From: a virus
Length of the DNA: 64,000 bases
Strand: one strand, 5' to 3'
IMG/VR virus record: IMGVR_UViG_3300035633_000651
Location: 1 to 64,000 of that record
In this document: piece after piece, positions 40,828 through 50,741 of the stretch
How the letters are laid out: each line of letters starts with the position of its first letter
How positions within the stretch are numbered: position 1 is the stretch's first letter
Notes under the pieces: generated by a model
Databases searched by the model: none
Told to the model about the DNA's origin: nothing
Seen by the model: the letters and a program-made list of their open reading frames with translations, nothing else
Position numbers and translations under genes: made by a program

Positions 40828-41309
40828 CCCGAAACGCACTCACTCATATCCATCTGTTGCCACATCGGAAGGATAGTACGGACAGCCTGCCCTCCGGGGC
40901 CGCCCGAAACGCACTCACTCATATCCATCTGTTGCCACAAACCGTCGCCAAAGAACTTCTTCATCCGGGGCGCGAAGACCCGAAACGCACTAACTCATGT
41001 CCATCTGTTGCCACCACCCTGCGAGCACCAGAGCCGCCCGGCGCGGGTCCGTCCCGAAACGCACTCGCTCATATCCATCTGTTGCCACAAGACAGCGCGG
41101 GCGACACGCTTTCACATACGACCCACCCCGAAACGCACTCACTCATATCCATCTGTTGCCACCCAATAGTGGAGCGCGCTCCACGTGAGGTCCTCGACCC
41201 CGAAACGCACTCACTCATGTCCATCTGTTGCCACCCCGTCCAGGCTAACGGAGCTGAGATGCTCCGAATCGCCCCCGAAACGCCCTCAGTCGGGTCTATC
41301 TGGAGCCAC
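40828..41309 (+). CRISPR. CRISPR array, 7 x 36-nt repeats and 6 spacers (39, 40, 38, 38, 36, 39 nt)
   Basis: CCCGAAACGCACTCACTCATATCCATCTGTTGCCAC at 40828, 40903, 40979, 41053, 41127, 41199; degenerate copy at 41274. Confidence 0.97.
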
Positions 41310-41727
41310 TCGTAGTGCGCCGGCGGGACTTCATCGCCCTCGGGCTGGAGTTCTGCCGGCCGCGAGAGGCTGTCCTGATGTGGGTCGGAGGGCTTCAGGG
41401 CTGGCGCCCTCGCAGGACCCTGACCGACGGCGACCTCATCCGGCCGGCCGGCGTCCTCCGCGCACGCGTCGTGACGGCCCACGGCTGGCACGGCTTCTTG
41501 AACGGCTGCTTGACCCACCATGAGGACTGGGGGCAATACTGCATGCGGACGTTTCGCGGGGACGGCTGGGTGATGCCGTCCACGTCGAAGGCGGGCCGCG
41601 CGACCATCGACGTGGTCGGGGACGTGCAGAACGCGCATCGGTTCCCTGGACGCGTTCGCTATCTGCGGGTGCCCAAGAAGGAGTGGACCTCCTTCCAGTG
41701 CGCTCCCTACGCCGTGAGGATTCTTCG

Positions 41728-42309
41728 ATGACTGGCAACGTCTGGTTCACGTCCGACATCCACTTCGGACACAAGCGGATCCTGGAGCTGACCGACCGAG
41801 GCAAGCGGTGGAGCCACGTCGAGGACATGGACGAGGACCTCATCCGCACGTTCAACGAGCTGGTCCGTCCCGGCGACCGGGTCTACCACCTGGGCGACTT
41901 CAGCTTCGCCTCGAATGAGCGGACGAAGAAGATCAAGCGGCGTCTGATGGGCGAGTGGCACTGGGTGCTCGGGAACCACGACAACAGCAAGGACAGGGAC
42001 CTCTACGCCATGTTCCAGTGGGTGGGCGACTATCGTCGTGTCAAGCTCGACGCCCAGGCGATCGTCCTCTTCCACTACCCCATCATGAGCTGGCACGGGA
42101 TGCACAAAGGCGCCTGGCACCTGCACGGGCACTGCCACGGAAACCTCACCGAGGCCTGCCGTGCCTGCGGGACGCCGTTCAAGGCGCTGCGCCTCGACGT
42201 CGGCATCGACAATCATCCCTACGACTTCCGCCCCTTCAGCTACGAGGAAGTTCGCCAGCACATGCGAACGGTGGGCACGTCGACCACCACGGCGCCTAGG
42301 CTCGGGTGA
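41728..42309 (+). CDS. Phage metallophosphoesterase
   Basis: FTSDIHFGH, HLGD, GNHD, HYP, HGHCH, DVGID. Confidence 0.9.
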   Translation: MTGNVWFTSDIHFGHKRILELTDRGKRWSHVEDMDEDLIRTFNELVRPGDRVYHLGDFSFASNERTKKIKRRLMGEWHWVLGNHDNSKDRDLYAMFQWVGDYRRVKLDAQAIVLFHYPIMSWHGMHKGAWHLHGHCHGNLTEACRACGTPFKALRLDVGIDNHPYDFRPFSYEEVRQHMRTVGTSTTTAPRLG

Positions 42310-42452
42310 GTAGGTAGGCATGGTACGCCGCTGAGACGAACAGCGGCCAGCCCTGCGGGTCGGTCTCGACCCGAAGGACGCGGTCGAAGATGAGCCACAG
42401 GACCGCGGTGACGATGGCGACGCTCAGCAGGATGAAGAGCGCGAAGCCCAGG

Positions 42453-43145
42453 TCAGCCAGTGAACCATCGGGTGACCGTCTGTTCGAGGTCATCGAGGCT
42501 CCCGTCGTTCACGTAGTGGTGCGTCCGCAGCTCGCGGAGGACTGGTCCGTACATGTCCTGCTCCGACCGATGCTGGCCTGCCTCACCTTCTAGCCCGGCG
42601 CCAGGACGCTCCAGGTGCCACAGTTCCCAGTCGTAGCCACGGGCTGCCTGGAACTCGTTGTTGAACCGCCCATCGGTGATCGTGGCGATGGACCCGTCGA
42701 ACAGAGCGTTCGTGCGGGACCGGGCGGCCTTCACCCAGACGTTGAAGTCGAGGCGGTCTCGCGTGAACTCAGTGCCCAGCGTCTGCAGTGCGAGGCGCGG
42801 GCTCAGCTCATGTGAGCGGTCTGTCATGAACTGAAACCAGTCGTAGAGCGCGAGTGCGCACCGGTCGTAGCTCTTCTCCGTCCAGGCGGCCAGGTCGAGC
42901 GCGAAGCCCTCGACGGCGCCCCGGAAGCGGCGCACGGACTGAGAACTCCACGGGATGACGTGGTTTCGCATCTCGGTCGGGCCGTACAGCTGCTCCTGCG
43001 AGAACGCGAACACCTCCCCACAGAAGTGCTTCAGCGGGTCGGCGAACGCCCACTCGTTGACCTCCGGGTTCAGTCGCCGCAGAACCTGGGAGGCCGTGTT
43101 CTTACCGGACCCCGCTGCTCCTGCGATCACAATCACTCTGGTCAT
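42453..43145 (-). CDS. Deoxynucleoside monophosphate kinase
   Basis: GAAGSGKNT, FADPLK, LQTLGTE, TDGRFNNE, HRSE. Confidence 0.88.
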   Translation of the reverse strand: MTRVIVIAGAAGSGKNTASQVLRRLNPEVNEWAFADPLKHFCGEVFAFSQEQLYGPTEMRNHVIPWSSQSVRRFRGAVEGFALDLAAWTEKSYDRCALALYDWFQFMTDRSHELSPRLALQTLGTEFTRDRLDFNVWVKAARSRTNALFDGSIATITDGRFNNEFQAARGYDWELWHLERPGAGLEGEAGQHRSEQDMYGPVLRELRTHHYVNDGSLDDLEQTVTRWFTG

Positions 43146-43699
43146 CTTCTTGTTCCTTCCTCCGAGCCTGCCGCCGCTCGCGTCGGTAGTCGGTGTTGGC
43201 CTTGCTGCACCAGCTGCAGCGGCATTGAAAGCGTGGCGAGTTGTAGCGGGACTGTGTCCCGTGGGACGGAGCGTCAGTGGGGTCTTCGAAGTCGATGCAG
43301 CCGGGCTGAGGGTTGTCGGGGTCGCACCGCCTGATGTCAGGCTCGACCGTCACCTCGTCCACGACGACCGCGTCCTGCGCCACTTCCACGCCGCCACGGA
43401 GCGTCTGGACCATCGCGGACCACTCCGCCGGCGTCTTGCGGTCAGCTTCCCGCATCAGAAGCAGGATGGCGTTCACGACGCGACGGTCGCTGTCTGGGAT
43501 GTGGAAGTCGAGTTCAACGTCGAGCTGTTGCCCGAGGGCGACACGCCAATGGGCGGGGTTGGTCTCGTCGAACTCTAGAAGGTCTCGCTCCTGAAAGGCG
43601 CGGTCCAACTGCTCGACCAGCTCCTGGACACTAGGGAATTTGCCCAGGGCGCGCGGCTCCTGCATTGCAGCTGGGTATAGATTCGCAGCACTTGGGCTG

Positions 43700-44533
43700 T
43701 CAAGCAGCCCTTTGGTCCTCGCTGTGAAGCATCAGGGCCACGAGGCCGGCCGGCACGGGAAGCGCATGTCGCTTCACCTCGATGCCCTCAGCGGTCTTGC
43801 TCGTGCCGGTGACCTCCACCTCCAACATGCCGGAGCCCGCTGCGACGGCGCGCACGCGGCCCAGCTCTCCGGCGTCGACGCGCGGCCAGCCTGGGCGCTC
43901 GAAGGCCGACAGGAACTTGACCCGGTCGCCCGCCTTTGCCTCCTCGACTTCGCACTCGCCCTGACGGTTCATGTCGGTGATGTAGGCCATGCGGACCGCC
44001 TTGCGACACGAGCCCGGCTCGTACGCTTTCGTTCCAGGGACGCGCTCGTACTCGTCCCAGCACTCGTCGTCGGACTCCTTGGTGAGCTTGTCCCACTGCT
44101 CCTGGTCTGGGTAGTCTTCATCGCCGGGCTTGGCGGGCGCCTCGCCGCGCTCCTTCTTCTTGTTGATGTTGTCCCATAGACCGTCTTCGGCCCGCTTCGG
44201 CATCAGGCTCACAGAGCCCTTCTTGTTCGAGCTGGCGCGCTCGGCTGCCCACGACTTGCCGGAGTCGCCGCCCCACAAAAGCCAGGCCACGTAGCCCGCG
44301 TCCTCGTGAGGCTTCTTGCCCTCCTTGACCTTCTGGTTGCCGTCGTGGCGTGAGAAGAACGAGTGCATCTTGTTGACTTCGGCCTGAGTCAGCTCGGTGC
44401 CGTTGATGAGCTTGGTAGCCATGCCCATCCCAACGGACGTGCCGCCCTTGCCGCCGTTCTTCTCGCGGTACTCCTTGCCGCGCTTGGCGTTGTTGCCCAT
44501 CGACTTGGTGGGCTTGTATCCTGATTCGCTCAT
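43700..44533 (-). CDS. Putative virion/head-associated protein
   Basis: MHSFFSRH...AWLLWGGD and CWDEYE motifs resembling large-phage head proteins. Confidence 0.55.
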   Translation of the reverse strand: MSESGYKPTKSMGNNAKRGKEYREKNGGKGGTSVGMGMATKLINGTELTQAEVNKMHSFFSRHDGNQKVKEGKKPHEDAGYVAWLLWGGDSGKSWAAERASSNKKGSVSLMPKRAEDGLWDNINKKKERGEAPAKPGDEDYPDQEQWDKLTKESDDECWDEYERVPGTKAYEPGSCRKAVRMAYITDMNRQGECEVEEAKAGDRVKFLSAFERPGWPRVDAGELGRVRAVAAGSGMLEVEVTGTSKTAEGIEVKRHALPVPAGLVALMLHSEDQRAA

Positions 44534-45093
44534 CGTGAAAGGTGCTCCAAAAACAATTCTACCAAGAAGCGGTCCGGAATGGCGAACAGAATGTCGAGGT
44601 CGGTCTCCTTGGCGGCCTGGACCAGCTCCTCCGCGACGGTGCACGGGTCGTTACGAAAGTGTCCGCAACCCCAAGCTCCAAGAATGAGGGGGTTCTGTAA
44701 AGCCTCGGCAACCGCAATGATGTTTCGGATCCGCCGACTGAACGCAGCTCGGATGACAGACCGGTCAGGGTAGTAGTGCGCGGCCTGTGGGGCCGCACAC
44801 AGGAGTGCGTGGAAGATATGCCCTGTCCTGTGAAGACGAACGCCCGCCATGAGAAGGGCAAGGTCGGTGTTCAAAGGCCCTGCCCGCTCGCCCGCCTCAT
44901 AGAAGGCGGCAGACTCTGCGTCCGTCTCCAGTCGATGCCCTAGGTCAGAGGCGCGGCATAGGTCTTCTTCCTGACCTGCCACACCGCTGCGCCAACCGCC
45001 GCCAGGTACGCGGGCGGACGCGAAGACGTGGACCAAAGGGCTCTTGAAGCGGGTCACTGCGTCCTGCGCGGTGACATGCTCAATCCTCACCAT
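44530..45093 (-). CDS. Microbial PARG-like macrodomain protein (TIGR02452/DUF2263)
   Basis: FASARVPGGG..G..GQEEDLCRAS, ILGAWGCG.F.ND. Confidence 0.85.
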   Translation of the reverse strand: MVRIEHVTAQDAVTRFKSPLVHVFASARVPGGGWRSGVAGQEEDLCRASDLGHRLETDAESAAFYEAGERAGPLNTDLALLMAGVRLHRTGHIFHALLCAAPQAAHYYPDRSVIRAAFSRRIRNIIAVAEALQNPLILGAWGCGHFRNDPCTVAEELVQAAKETDLDILFAIPDRFLVELFLEHLSR

Positions 45094-47539
45094 GCAGCGC
45101 CTCCTCGACGGGTCCGACGACGGCGTCCTCCATTTGGGACTCACTCAGAATGCGATCAGCAAGGATGGAGCGCCGCCACTTCAGCTTGGCCTGCACCTGA
45201 GGTGGCACTTCTTCGGGCTGAGGCTGAGGCGCGAATGGGTTGTCTTTCGACATAGATGTGGCCTCCACGTTCACGGGGTAGAAGACGAGCACGGCGTTCG
45301 GCAGGTCGGACTCCGAGTTGTAAAACCCGAAGTACCCCAGGTCTTTGATGGCCTGGTACATGCCTCCACGTCCGTCTCGTCGAAGACCCTCTCGTACTTC
45401 GTCCGGAAGATTCCGACCAATGTCAAGTAGTCGGTCTGGAATGGTGCCCTCGTAGCGCGCCTTCGCTGATTGGACGACCAGCTGCTCGGGCTCGGTTCCT
45501 GCCATGTAGAAGAACGTGACCGGGACCCGGGTGTCTTGCCGCTCCCGCCGGGACAGCGAACCGCCCCCGATGTAGCTCGGGTCGAGGCGCTTCAGGTCGG
45601 GTGCGCGGGAGTAGTGGACGACACGCATGGCCGTTCGACGTTGAAGTGTGACACGTCCGCGCCCAGCAGCCTTCTGGGCCGGCCGGCGCTTGCGTCCCTG
45701 GTTGTCCATGGCGGAGCGCCACACGACCCAAGCCACAGCGTGAGCTTGTTGGGGGGTGAGTCCGTACTCAGGGGCGACTTCGCGGAACCCATCCACGATG
45801 TCCTGTCGTTCGTTCTCGGTGACGGTCTTCAGCTTGCTGAGGACCTCACGTCCGTTGCGCCACAGGTTGGCCATGTGCCCGTCGACCGTTGGCGTGTCCG
45901 CCATCGAGTCCGGGTCGAGGATCGAGCGGTAGAACACGCCAACTTTTGGTCCAATGGCTTCGCGCTCGCCGTCGAGGATCTCCTTGGCCTTGTAGAAGTT
46001 GCTGCTGTAGAAGGCGCCGCCCGGAACCCGCATGTACTTGTAGGCCTGCTCGCGCAGGACGCCCTTCACGTACTTGGCTTCCGCCTGCAGCTCCTTCTTC
46101 TGTTCGGGGTCTTCGGCTTCCTTGGCTGCTGCGTTCAGGTCGGAGAGACGATCCCGCAGTGGGCGCATGATCCGGTCACGCTCGCGGTACAACTCTTCGT
46201 AGCGCTCAGGGTCGCCGATGATGCTGTCGGCTGCGCGCAGGTTCGACAGCCACGGCATGTTCGGACTGATGGCCGCAATGACGCCGACCACCGTCTCCAG
46301 CGGCACGCCGTGACGCTCGGCGATCTGCCGAGCGGCTGCGTTGGCGTCCTTGTACCAATCCTTGTAGTCGTTGATGACGTCTTCGCCCGCCACGTCGAGG
46401 ACCGCGCGGATGTTGTCGGCGCTGTTCGGCTGCAGCCGGTCCTCGAAGTCTGCGAAGGTGTGGTCCGACAGCTGAGACTTTGCCGTCAGGTCTGAGCCGA
46501 AGCCGACCTCCTCCTCGAAGATGGGCGCTGTGGCGCGCAGATTCTCTTCGAGGTCCTGCGCTTCAGGGATGAACACGCTCGGATTGAGCGCGAACTCGGG
46601 GTCGGGCGGAGACTGCTCGACACCGCCCAGCTCGTAGCTCGGGTCGAACGGCGCCTCTTCCTCCGAGAGGTCGAGGGCGGGGTCGATGTCGTCCGGCTCG
46701 GGGAGGGGCGTGTGGACGGTGTGCTCGTATTGGGCGTCCCGGATCAGTCTGATCCGGCCTCGCCGCTTCGGAGCCGGCGCAGCGCCTCCGCGATCGCCTT
46801 CTTCCGCCGATGGATGACTTCCATCGTGCGATGCCACGACCTGCGGGGCTTCCCGCGCCGGACCAGGTCCGCGTCCGGGCTCGGCGGCCGGGGCGGGCTT
46901 TTCCTGGAAGTGCTCACTCACCTCGACCTTAGACACTGGGCGGGCCATGTCAAGGGGGATGTTGCGCTTCGCGTCATCCCAGTCGTAGCGGAACTCGAAG
47001 GTGTTCGAGCGGGTGCCCGTGAACAGCTCCTCGGGCGGCTCCTTCGGCTGGTCGCGCTTCTTGTCCTTTGGCTTGCGAGGCTGGACCGTCAAGGCCTCTG
47101 AACCGAAGAGGGGCTCTCCGGCCTGGCTCGGGACCGTGACCGACGGCCCGCCCTCGTCCGACTCGCGATAGCCCTCGTACATGCCGATGACGCCGTCCTC
47201 GCCTTTGAAGATGAAGGCGTCCTGCTCGTACTTCTGGGCCAGGGCGAGTGCGCGTCCGAAGTCGAGCCCCTTGATCACCAGGCTGGGCTCGGGACGCATG
47301 CGGTTCTCGGAGTCCGACCACCACTGTCCTCGGGTCTGCCGGATGTCCGAGTCGGCAACGCCCATCTCTTGCAGGTCGCGCCGGAGCATCTGCATGCGTC
47401 GCTTGTCGTTCCTGCCCGAGATCCCGCGGGCCGCCGACATGACGACGGCGGTCTCGTTGCCGGACAGGAGCTTGTTCAGCTCCTTGGGTCCAAGGGGGTC
47501 GCGTTTGGCTGCGCTTCGCGTGGGGGTGTAGGTAGTCAT
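45080..47539 (-). CDS. Large multidomain protein with glycosylase-like central domain
   Basis: 819 aa; WY...IAAISP...W..N, GPKV..FY, TVDGHM, QAHAVAW. Confidence 0.6.
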   Translation of the reverse strand: MTTYTPTRSAAKRDPLGPKELNKLLSGNETAVVMSAARGISGRNDKRRMQMLRRDLQEMGVADSDIRQTRGQWWSDSENRMRPEPSLVIKGLDFGRALALAQKYEQDAFIFKGEDGVIGMYEGYRESDEGGPSVTVPSQAGEPLFGSEALTVQPRKPKDKKRDQPKEPPEELFTGTRSNTFEFRYDWDDAKRNIPLDMARPVSKVEVSEHFQEKPAPAAEPGRGPGPAREAPQVVASHDGSHPSAEEGDRGGAAPAPKRRGRIRLIRDAQYEHTVHTPLPEPDDIDPALDLSEEEAPFDPSYELGGVEQSPPDPEFALNPSVFIPEAQDLEENLRATAPIFEEEVGFGSDLTAKSQLSDHTFADFEDRLQPNSADNIRAVLDVAGEDVINDYKDWYKDANAAARQIAERHGVPLETVVGVIAAISPNMPWLSNLRAADSIIGDPERYEELYRERDRIMRPLRDRLSDLNAAAKEAEDPEQKKELQAEAKYVKGVLREQAYKYMRVPGGAFYSSNFYKAKEILDGEREAIGPKVGVFYRSILDPDSMADTPTVDGHMANLWRNGREVLSKLKTVTENERQDIVDGFREVAPEYGLTPQQAHAVAWVVWRSAMDNQGRKRRPAQKAAGRGRVTLQRRTAMRVVHYSRAPDLKRLDPSYIGGGSLSRRERQDTRVPVTFFYMAGTEPEQLVVQSAKARYEGTIPDRLLDIGRNLPDEVREGLRRDGRGGMYQAIKDLGYFGFYNSESDLPNAVLVFYPVNVEATSMSKDNPFAPQPQPEEVPPQVQAKLKWRRSILADRILSESQMEDAVVGPVEEALHGED

Positions 47540-47549
47540 TGCATTCGGC

Positions 47550-48824
47550 TCACGGCACGTCGCTGACGAAGTTGGCCACGGACATGTTGTTCATTGTGAA
47601 GTCTTCCGACCCAACATTGTCGCTGATCGTGGGGAAGGTGTCGCCGTCGCCCATGCGGTACCAGGAGTAGGGACTGGGCGTGAACCCGCTCAGGTCGTCA
47701 GGGGTACCCGAGTTGTAGAGGTTGGTCACTTGGGTCTGGTTCAGCTCGCTCGCGTAGTAGCTCAGCTCGTCCACGCGACAGTCTTCACGCATGTAGCGTC
47801 CGCCATTGTCTCGGCCCACGCGGTGAAGAACTGCGGGCAGGTCTTCTGTACTGCCGCCTCCGCCAGACGACTGCGAGCTGAACGCAGTGGCTACACCGTC
47901 GATGTAGAACGTGAAGGCGTCAAAGCCGTTGGCCGCTGTCGTCGTTGCGGTGCCGTCGTAGGTGACGACGATATGCGTCCACGAGCCTGGCGTGACGACG
48001 GAGCCCACTGAGTTCATGCGGAGGAAGTTCGTGTTCCGACGGCCGTACTGGAAGGAAAGGCCGCTGCCGTTGTACCACAGACGCGCGGCTGCCTGGCCGC
48101 TTCCGTCTCCGAAGAAGGTGATGGTTTGCTCGCCGTGGTTGCTCGTCCCCGGCTTGAACCAAAGGGACATGGACCAAGCGTCAGCGGCACCTGCACCGCC
48201 GCCCGTACGCACCATCGGGTGTCCGGAGGTAGCTGTGGCTTCCAGGAACTCGAAGCGGTCGAAGTTGGTCGACAGAGCATTCGTGAAGCCGACGCCGTCC
48301 ACGGTGATGACCAGCGTGTCTGTCACCGACCCTGCCAAGTTGGCGACCGTCACCGGAATGTTCGCAGTCGCAGAGAGCGTTCCGATGATCCGGTTGACCT
48401 GGCCTGCGCTTAGCGCCAGGGTGGCGGGAAGGCTGTCGAAGCGGAAGGCAGTGGCGGTATCTGCTTCGAGCACGTAGTTGATGACGTCCGTCGGGGCTAC
48501 AGTGAGAGCGAGCGCCGAGGTGATCGTCGGGACGGTGTCCTGTTCTAGGACACCGTCCACGAAGAGTGAGTTCAAACGTGTGATTGTCTCCAGTTCGGTC
48601 GACCCGACCTGCTGGTGGTTGCCGTTGACGAACTCGGCGAACGGGACGTTCTGAACTTCGAAGAAGGCGTCTCCGTTGGTGTACTCTCGCCCCACGTCGC
48701 GGACGCCGAGGGTGCCGTCGCCGTTGCCAACCGCCTGAAGCGACCGCACCGGAAACACGCCGGTCGCGCCTGCGTCGAGGAAGATGTTGCGGAGGTTGTT
48801 GCTTCTGAAAACTCGGACAGTCAT
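47550..48824 (-). CDS. LamG/concanavalin A-like virion protein
   Basis: SMSLWFK, WTHIVVTYDG, FYIDG, VDEL. Confidence 0.75.
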   Translation of the reverse strand: MTVRVFRSNNLRNIFLDAGATGVFPVRSLQAVGNGDGTLGVRDVGREYTNGDAFFEVQNVPFAEFVNGNHQQVGSTELETITRLNSLFVDGVLEQDTVPTITSALALTVAPTDVINYVLEADTATAFRFDSLPATLALSAGQVNRIIGTLSATANIPVTVANLAGSVTDTLVITVDGVGFTNALSTNFDRFEFLEATATSGHPMVRTGGGAGAADAWSMSLWFKPGTSNHGEQTITFFGDGSGQAAARLWYNGSGLSFQYGRRNTNFLRMNSVGSVVTPGSWTHIVVTYDGTATTTAANGFDAFTFYIDGVATAFSSQSSGGGGSTEDLPAVLHRVGRDNGGRYMREDCRVDELSYYASELNQTQVTNLYNSGTPDDLSGFTPSPYSWYRMGDGDTFPTISDNVGSEDFTMNNMSVANFVSDVP

Positions 48825-48827
48825 GAC

Positions 48828-49520
48828 TTATCTCCGCTGGATGTCGAACACGACGCCTGCGGAGCGCAGCGTCCCCGCACGACTCAGGAGAATCTGCGGG
48901 ATGACAGGATTTTCTCGCGTGGCGTCGCCTTCAATGAACAGAAGGTCTGTGAACTGGATTCGGTACTCGATGCCCGCTCCGTTGTTCAAGACACCGATGG
49001 AACGCTGCAGAGCAAACTGCGAGCCAGGCTCACCGACGAGAAACCGGAACGTAGCCAAGGACTGATTGACCTGCGGCGTGATGAAAAAGTCGTAGCGGTA
49101 AATGACTGTGTCACCGACGCCAAGCGAGCTGAAATCGTAAGACCCTCCAGCAAGCAAAAAGGTGGTCGACCCTGGCGGCGCGTACGTGTCGCCCAGCAAC
49201 GACGCTGAACCGTCGTTCGGGATCGCAGTCCAGGTCTCCTCCGGAACGTTGACGACCGTTCCCGAGTCCGCGTACTGCGACATACCTTGCGACGAACTTC
49301 CGGCCACGTCACCGACCTGACCGACGATGTCGACGCGCAGCTGACCAGCGTTCACCGCACTGCGCAGCTCGGGGTCGGTCCCCAACTGGTACGGGTCGAT
49401 GTCGTCGACCGTGACCGGGACGTTCGGCTGCAGTGTCAGGCGGACCTGCTCGATCCCGTCGCGGTTGACGTCGAGGGCGTACTGCTGGCCTGTTCCCAGG
49501 TATGTGAATCTAGCGTGCAT
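48828..49520 (-). CDS. Putative structural protein
   Basis: Beta-rich ORF in minus-strand operon. Confidence 0.55.
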   Translation of the reverse strand: MHARFTYLGTGQQYALDVNRDGIEQVRLTLQPNVPVTVDDIDPYQLGTDPELRSAVNAGQLRVDIVGQVGDVAGSSSQGMSQYADSGTVVNVPEETWTAIPNDGSASLLGDTYAPPGSTTFLLAGGSYDFSSLGVGDTVIYRYDFFITPQVNQSLATFRFLVGEPGSQFALQRSIGVLNNGAGIEYRIQFTDLLFIEGDATRENPVIPQILLSRAGTLRSAGVVFDIQRR

Positions 49521-50727
49521 CGTCGCCCTCTCGCACTTCGGGAATCTCGTTTAGCTCAGGAAGCCAGGCGTCTCGGAACTCGGACGCGTTGCAGGACTCC
49601 ATCTCCCCGAGCATGCGCTCAGGCCACAGCTCCAGGAAGGCCTCGCGGGCTGCGTCTTCGTCGTCCCATCCGATGAGCGTCTTGTACTGGTGGACGGTCT
49701 CGTTGCCTTCAGGGTCGAGTTGCTCGATGACCCAGACGCTGGGGTCCTTGTCCTTCCAGTTCGGTCCGAGCATGACGTCGATGGAGTCGCCGTCGACAGC
49801 GCGTGTGTCGTCGAAGTAGCCGTAGTGTCCAGGGCAGGTGCGTCCGTAGTGGGGCCGCTCTTCGCCGGAGAAGAACTCGATGGAGACCGGAAGGCCGAGC
49901 ACGTCCAAGCTGGCGCGTGCCGGGTCGTCGCCAGGGTTTCGGTCGGCTTGTCGGTTGGCCTGAATCCAGCGCTTGCGTGCAGGCATCTCGTCCTCGACCG
50001 CGTTCATGTTCAGAACGACCAGCTGGCTGCCGAGGTTGATGGCATCGACTTCCATGTTCGCGAGACGTTGGTTTCCACTGATCGTCATGGCGGACGACTT
50101 CAGAACGACAGGCCGTCCGGGTGGACGGTTGTTGGCGACCTGGGAGTTGTCGGGCAGGTACCAGACCTGTCGCGCGATACGGCGACGCTTCTTCTTGCGG
50201 TGGCGTGCCTCCTTGCCCCAGCGACGCAGGTCCGGCTCACGCCGGTTCCACCAGTCCTCTTTGGGAAACTGTAGCATGAGTTGGACGCGCAGCGTGTCGC
50301 CGAGGTCGTCGAGGACGTTCACGACGTGTCCGTGCGGGATGGTGCCCCAGGCCGTGTCGACGTCGCCTACCGCCTTCAAACGGTCGCCGGTTTGAAAGTC
50401 TGGCCCCTCGTCTGCGCGACTGTGACGCCACGGCGAGCGAGGAACTTCAATAGGGAAGGCCACGAAGATGTTGTCGAGGTCGACGCCCTTGACCGTTCCG
50501 TAGGTGCCGTCGGGTACGGTGAACCCGCCAGGCAGCGGTCGGCGGATGCCGTCAGCTACGGCCACAGCCCCTGACTGTGCGGTGCCGCGCGCCTCGACGG
50601 TGTCGCGCACGTTGAACTGCGAAGGGTCAGGGTCCTGTGCTCCGCGCTCCGGCGGCGAGTACAGACCCTCCGGCTCAGTCTCCGGCTCGCGCTTTTGGCG
50701 CCACAACTTATCCCACAGACCCGGCAC
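49510..50727 (-). CDS. Protein with C-terminal inorganic pyrophosphatase-like domain
   Basis: HYGY...DGDSIDV. Confidence 0.65.
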   Translation of the reverse strand: MPGLWDKLWRQKREPETEPEGLYSPPERGAQDPDPSQFNVRDTVEARGTAQSGAVAVADGIRRPLPGGFTVPDGTYGTVKGVDLDNIFVAFPIEVPRSPWRHSRADEGPDFQTGDRLKAVGDVDTAWGTIPHGHVVNVLDDLGDTLRVQLMLQFPKEDWWNRREPDLRRWGKEARHRKKKRRRIARQVWYLPDNSQVANNRPPGRPVVLKSSAMTISGNQRLANMEVDAINLGSQLVVLNMNAVEDEMPARKRWIQANRQADRNPGDDPARASLDVLGLPVSIEFFSGEERPHYGRTCPGHYGYFDDTRAVDGDSIDVMLGPNWKDKDPSVWVIEQLDPEGNETVHQYKTLIGWDDEDAAREAFLELWPERMLGEMESCNASEFRDAWLPELNEIPEVREGDDAR

Positions 50728-50741
50728 GCGCAGTCCTCACT

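Noticed and set aside
41169-41184. 16-bp palindrome GTGGAGCGCGCTCCAC inside spacer 5
   Set aside because: Single occurrence within an acquired spacer; no evidence of function here
40767-41315. ORFs 40800-41315, 40767-40964 and 40997-41188
   Set aside because: Artefacts of translating the CRISPR repeats
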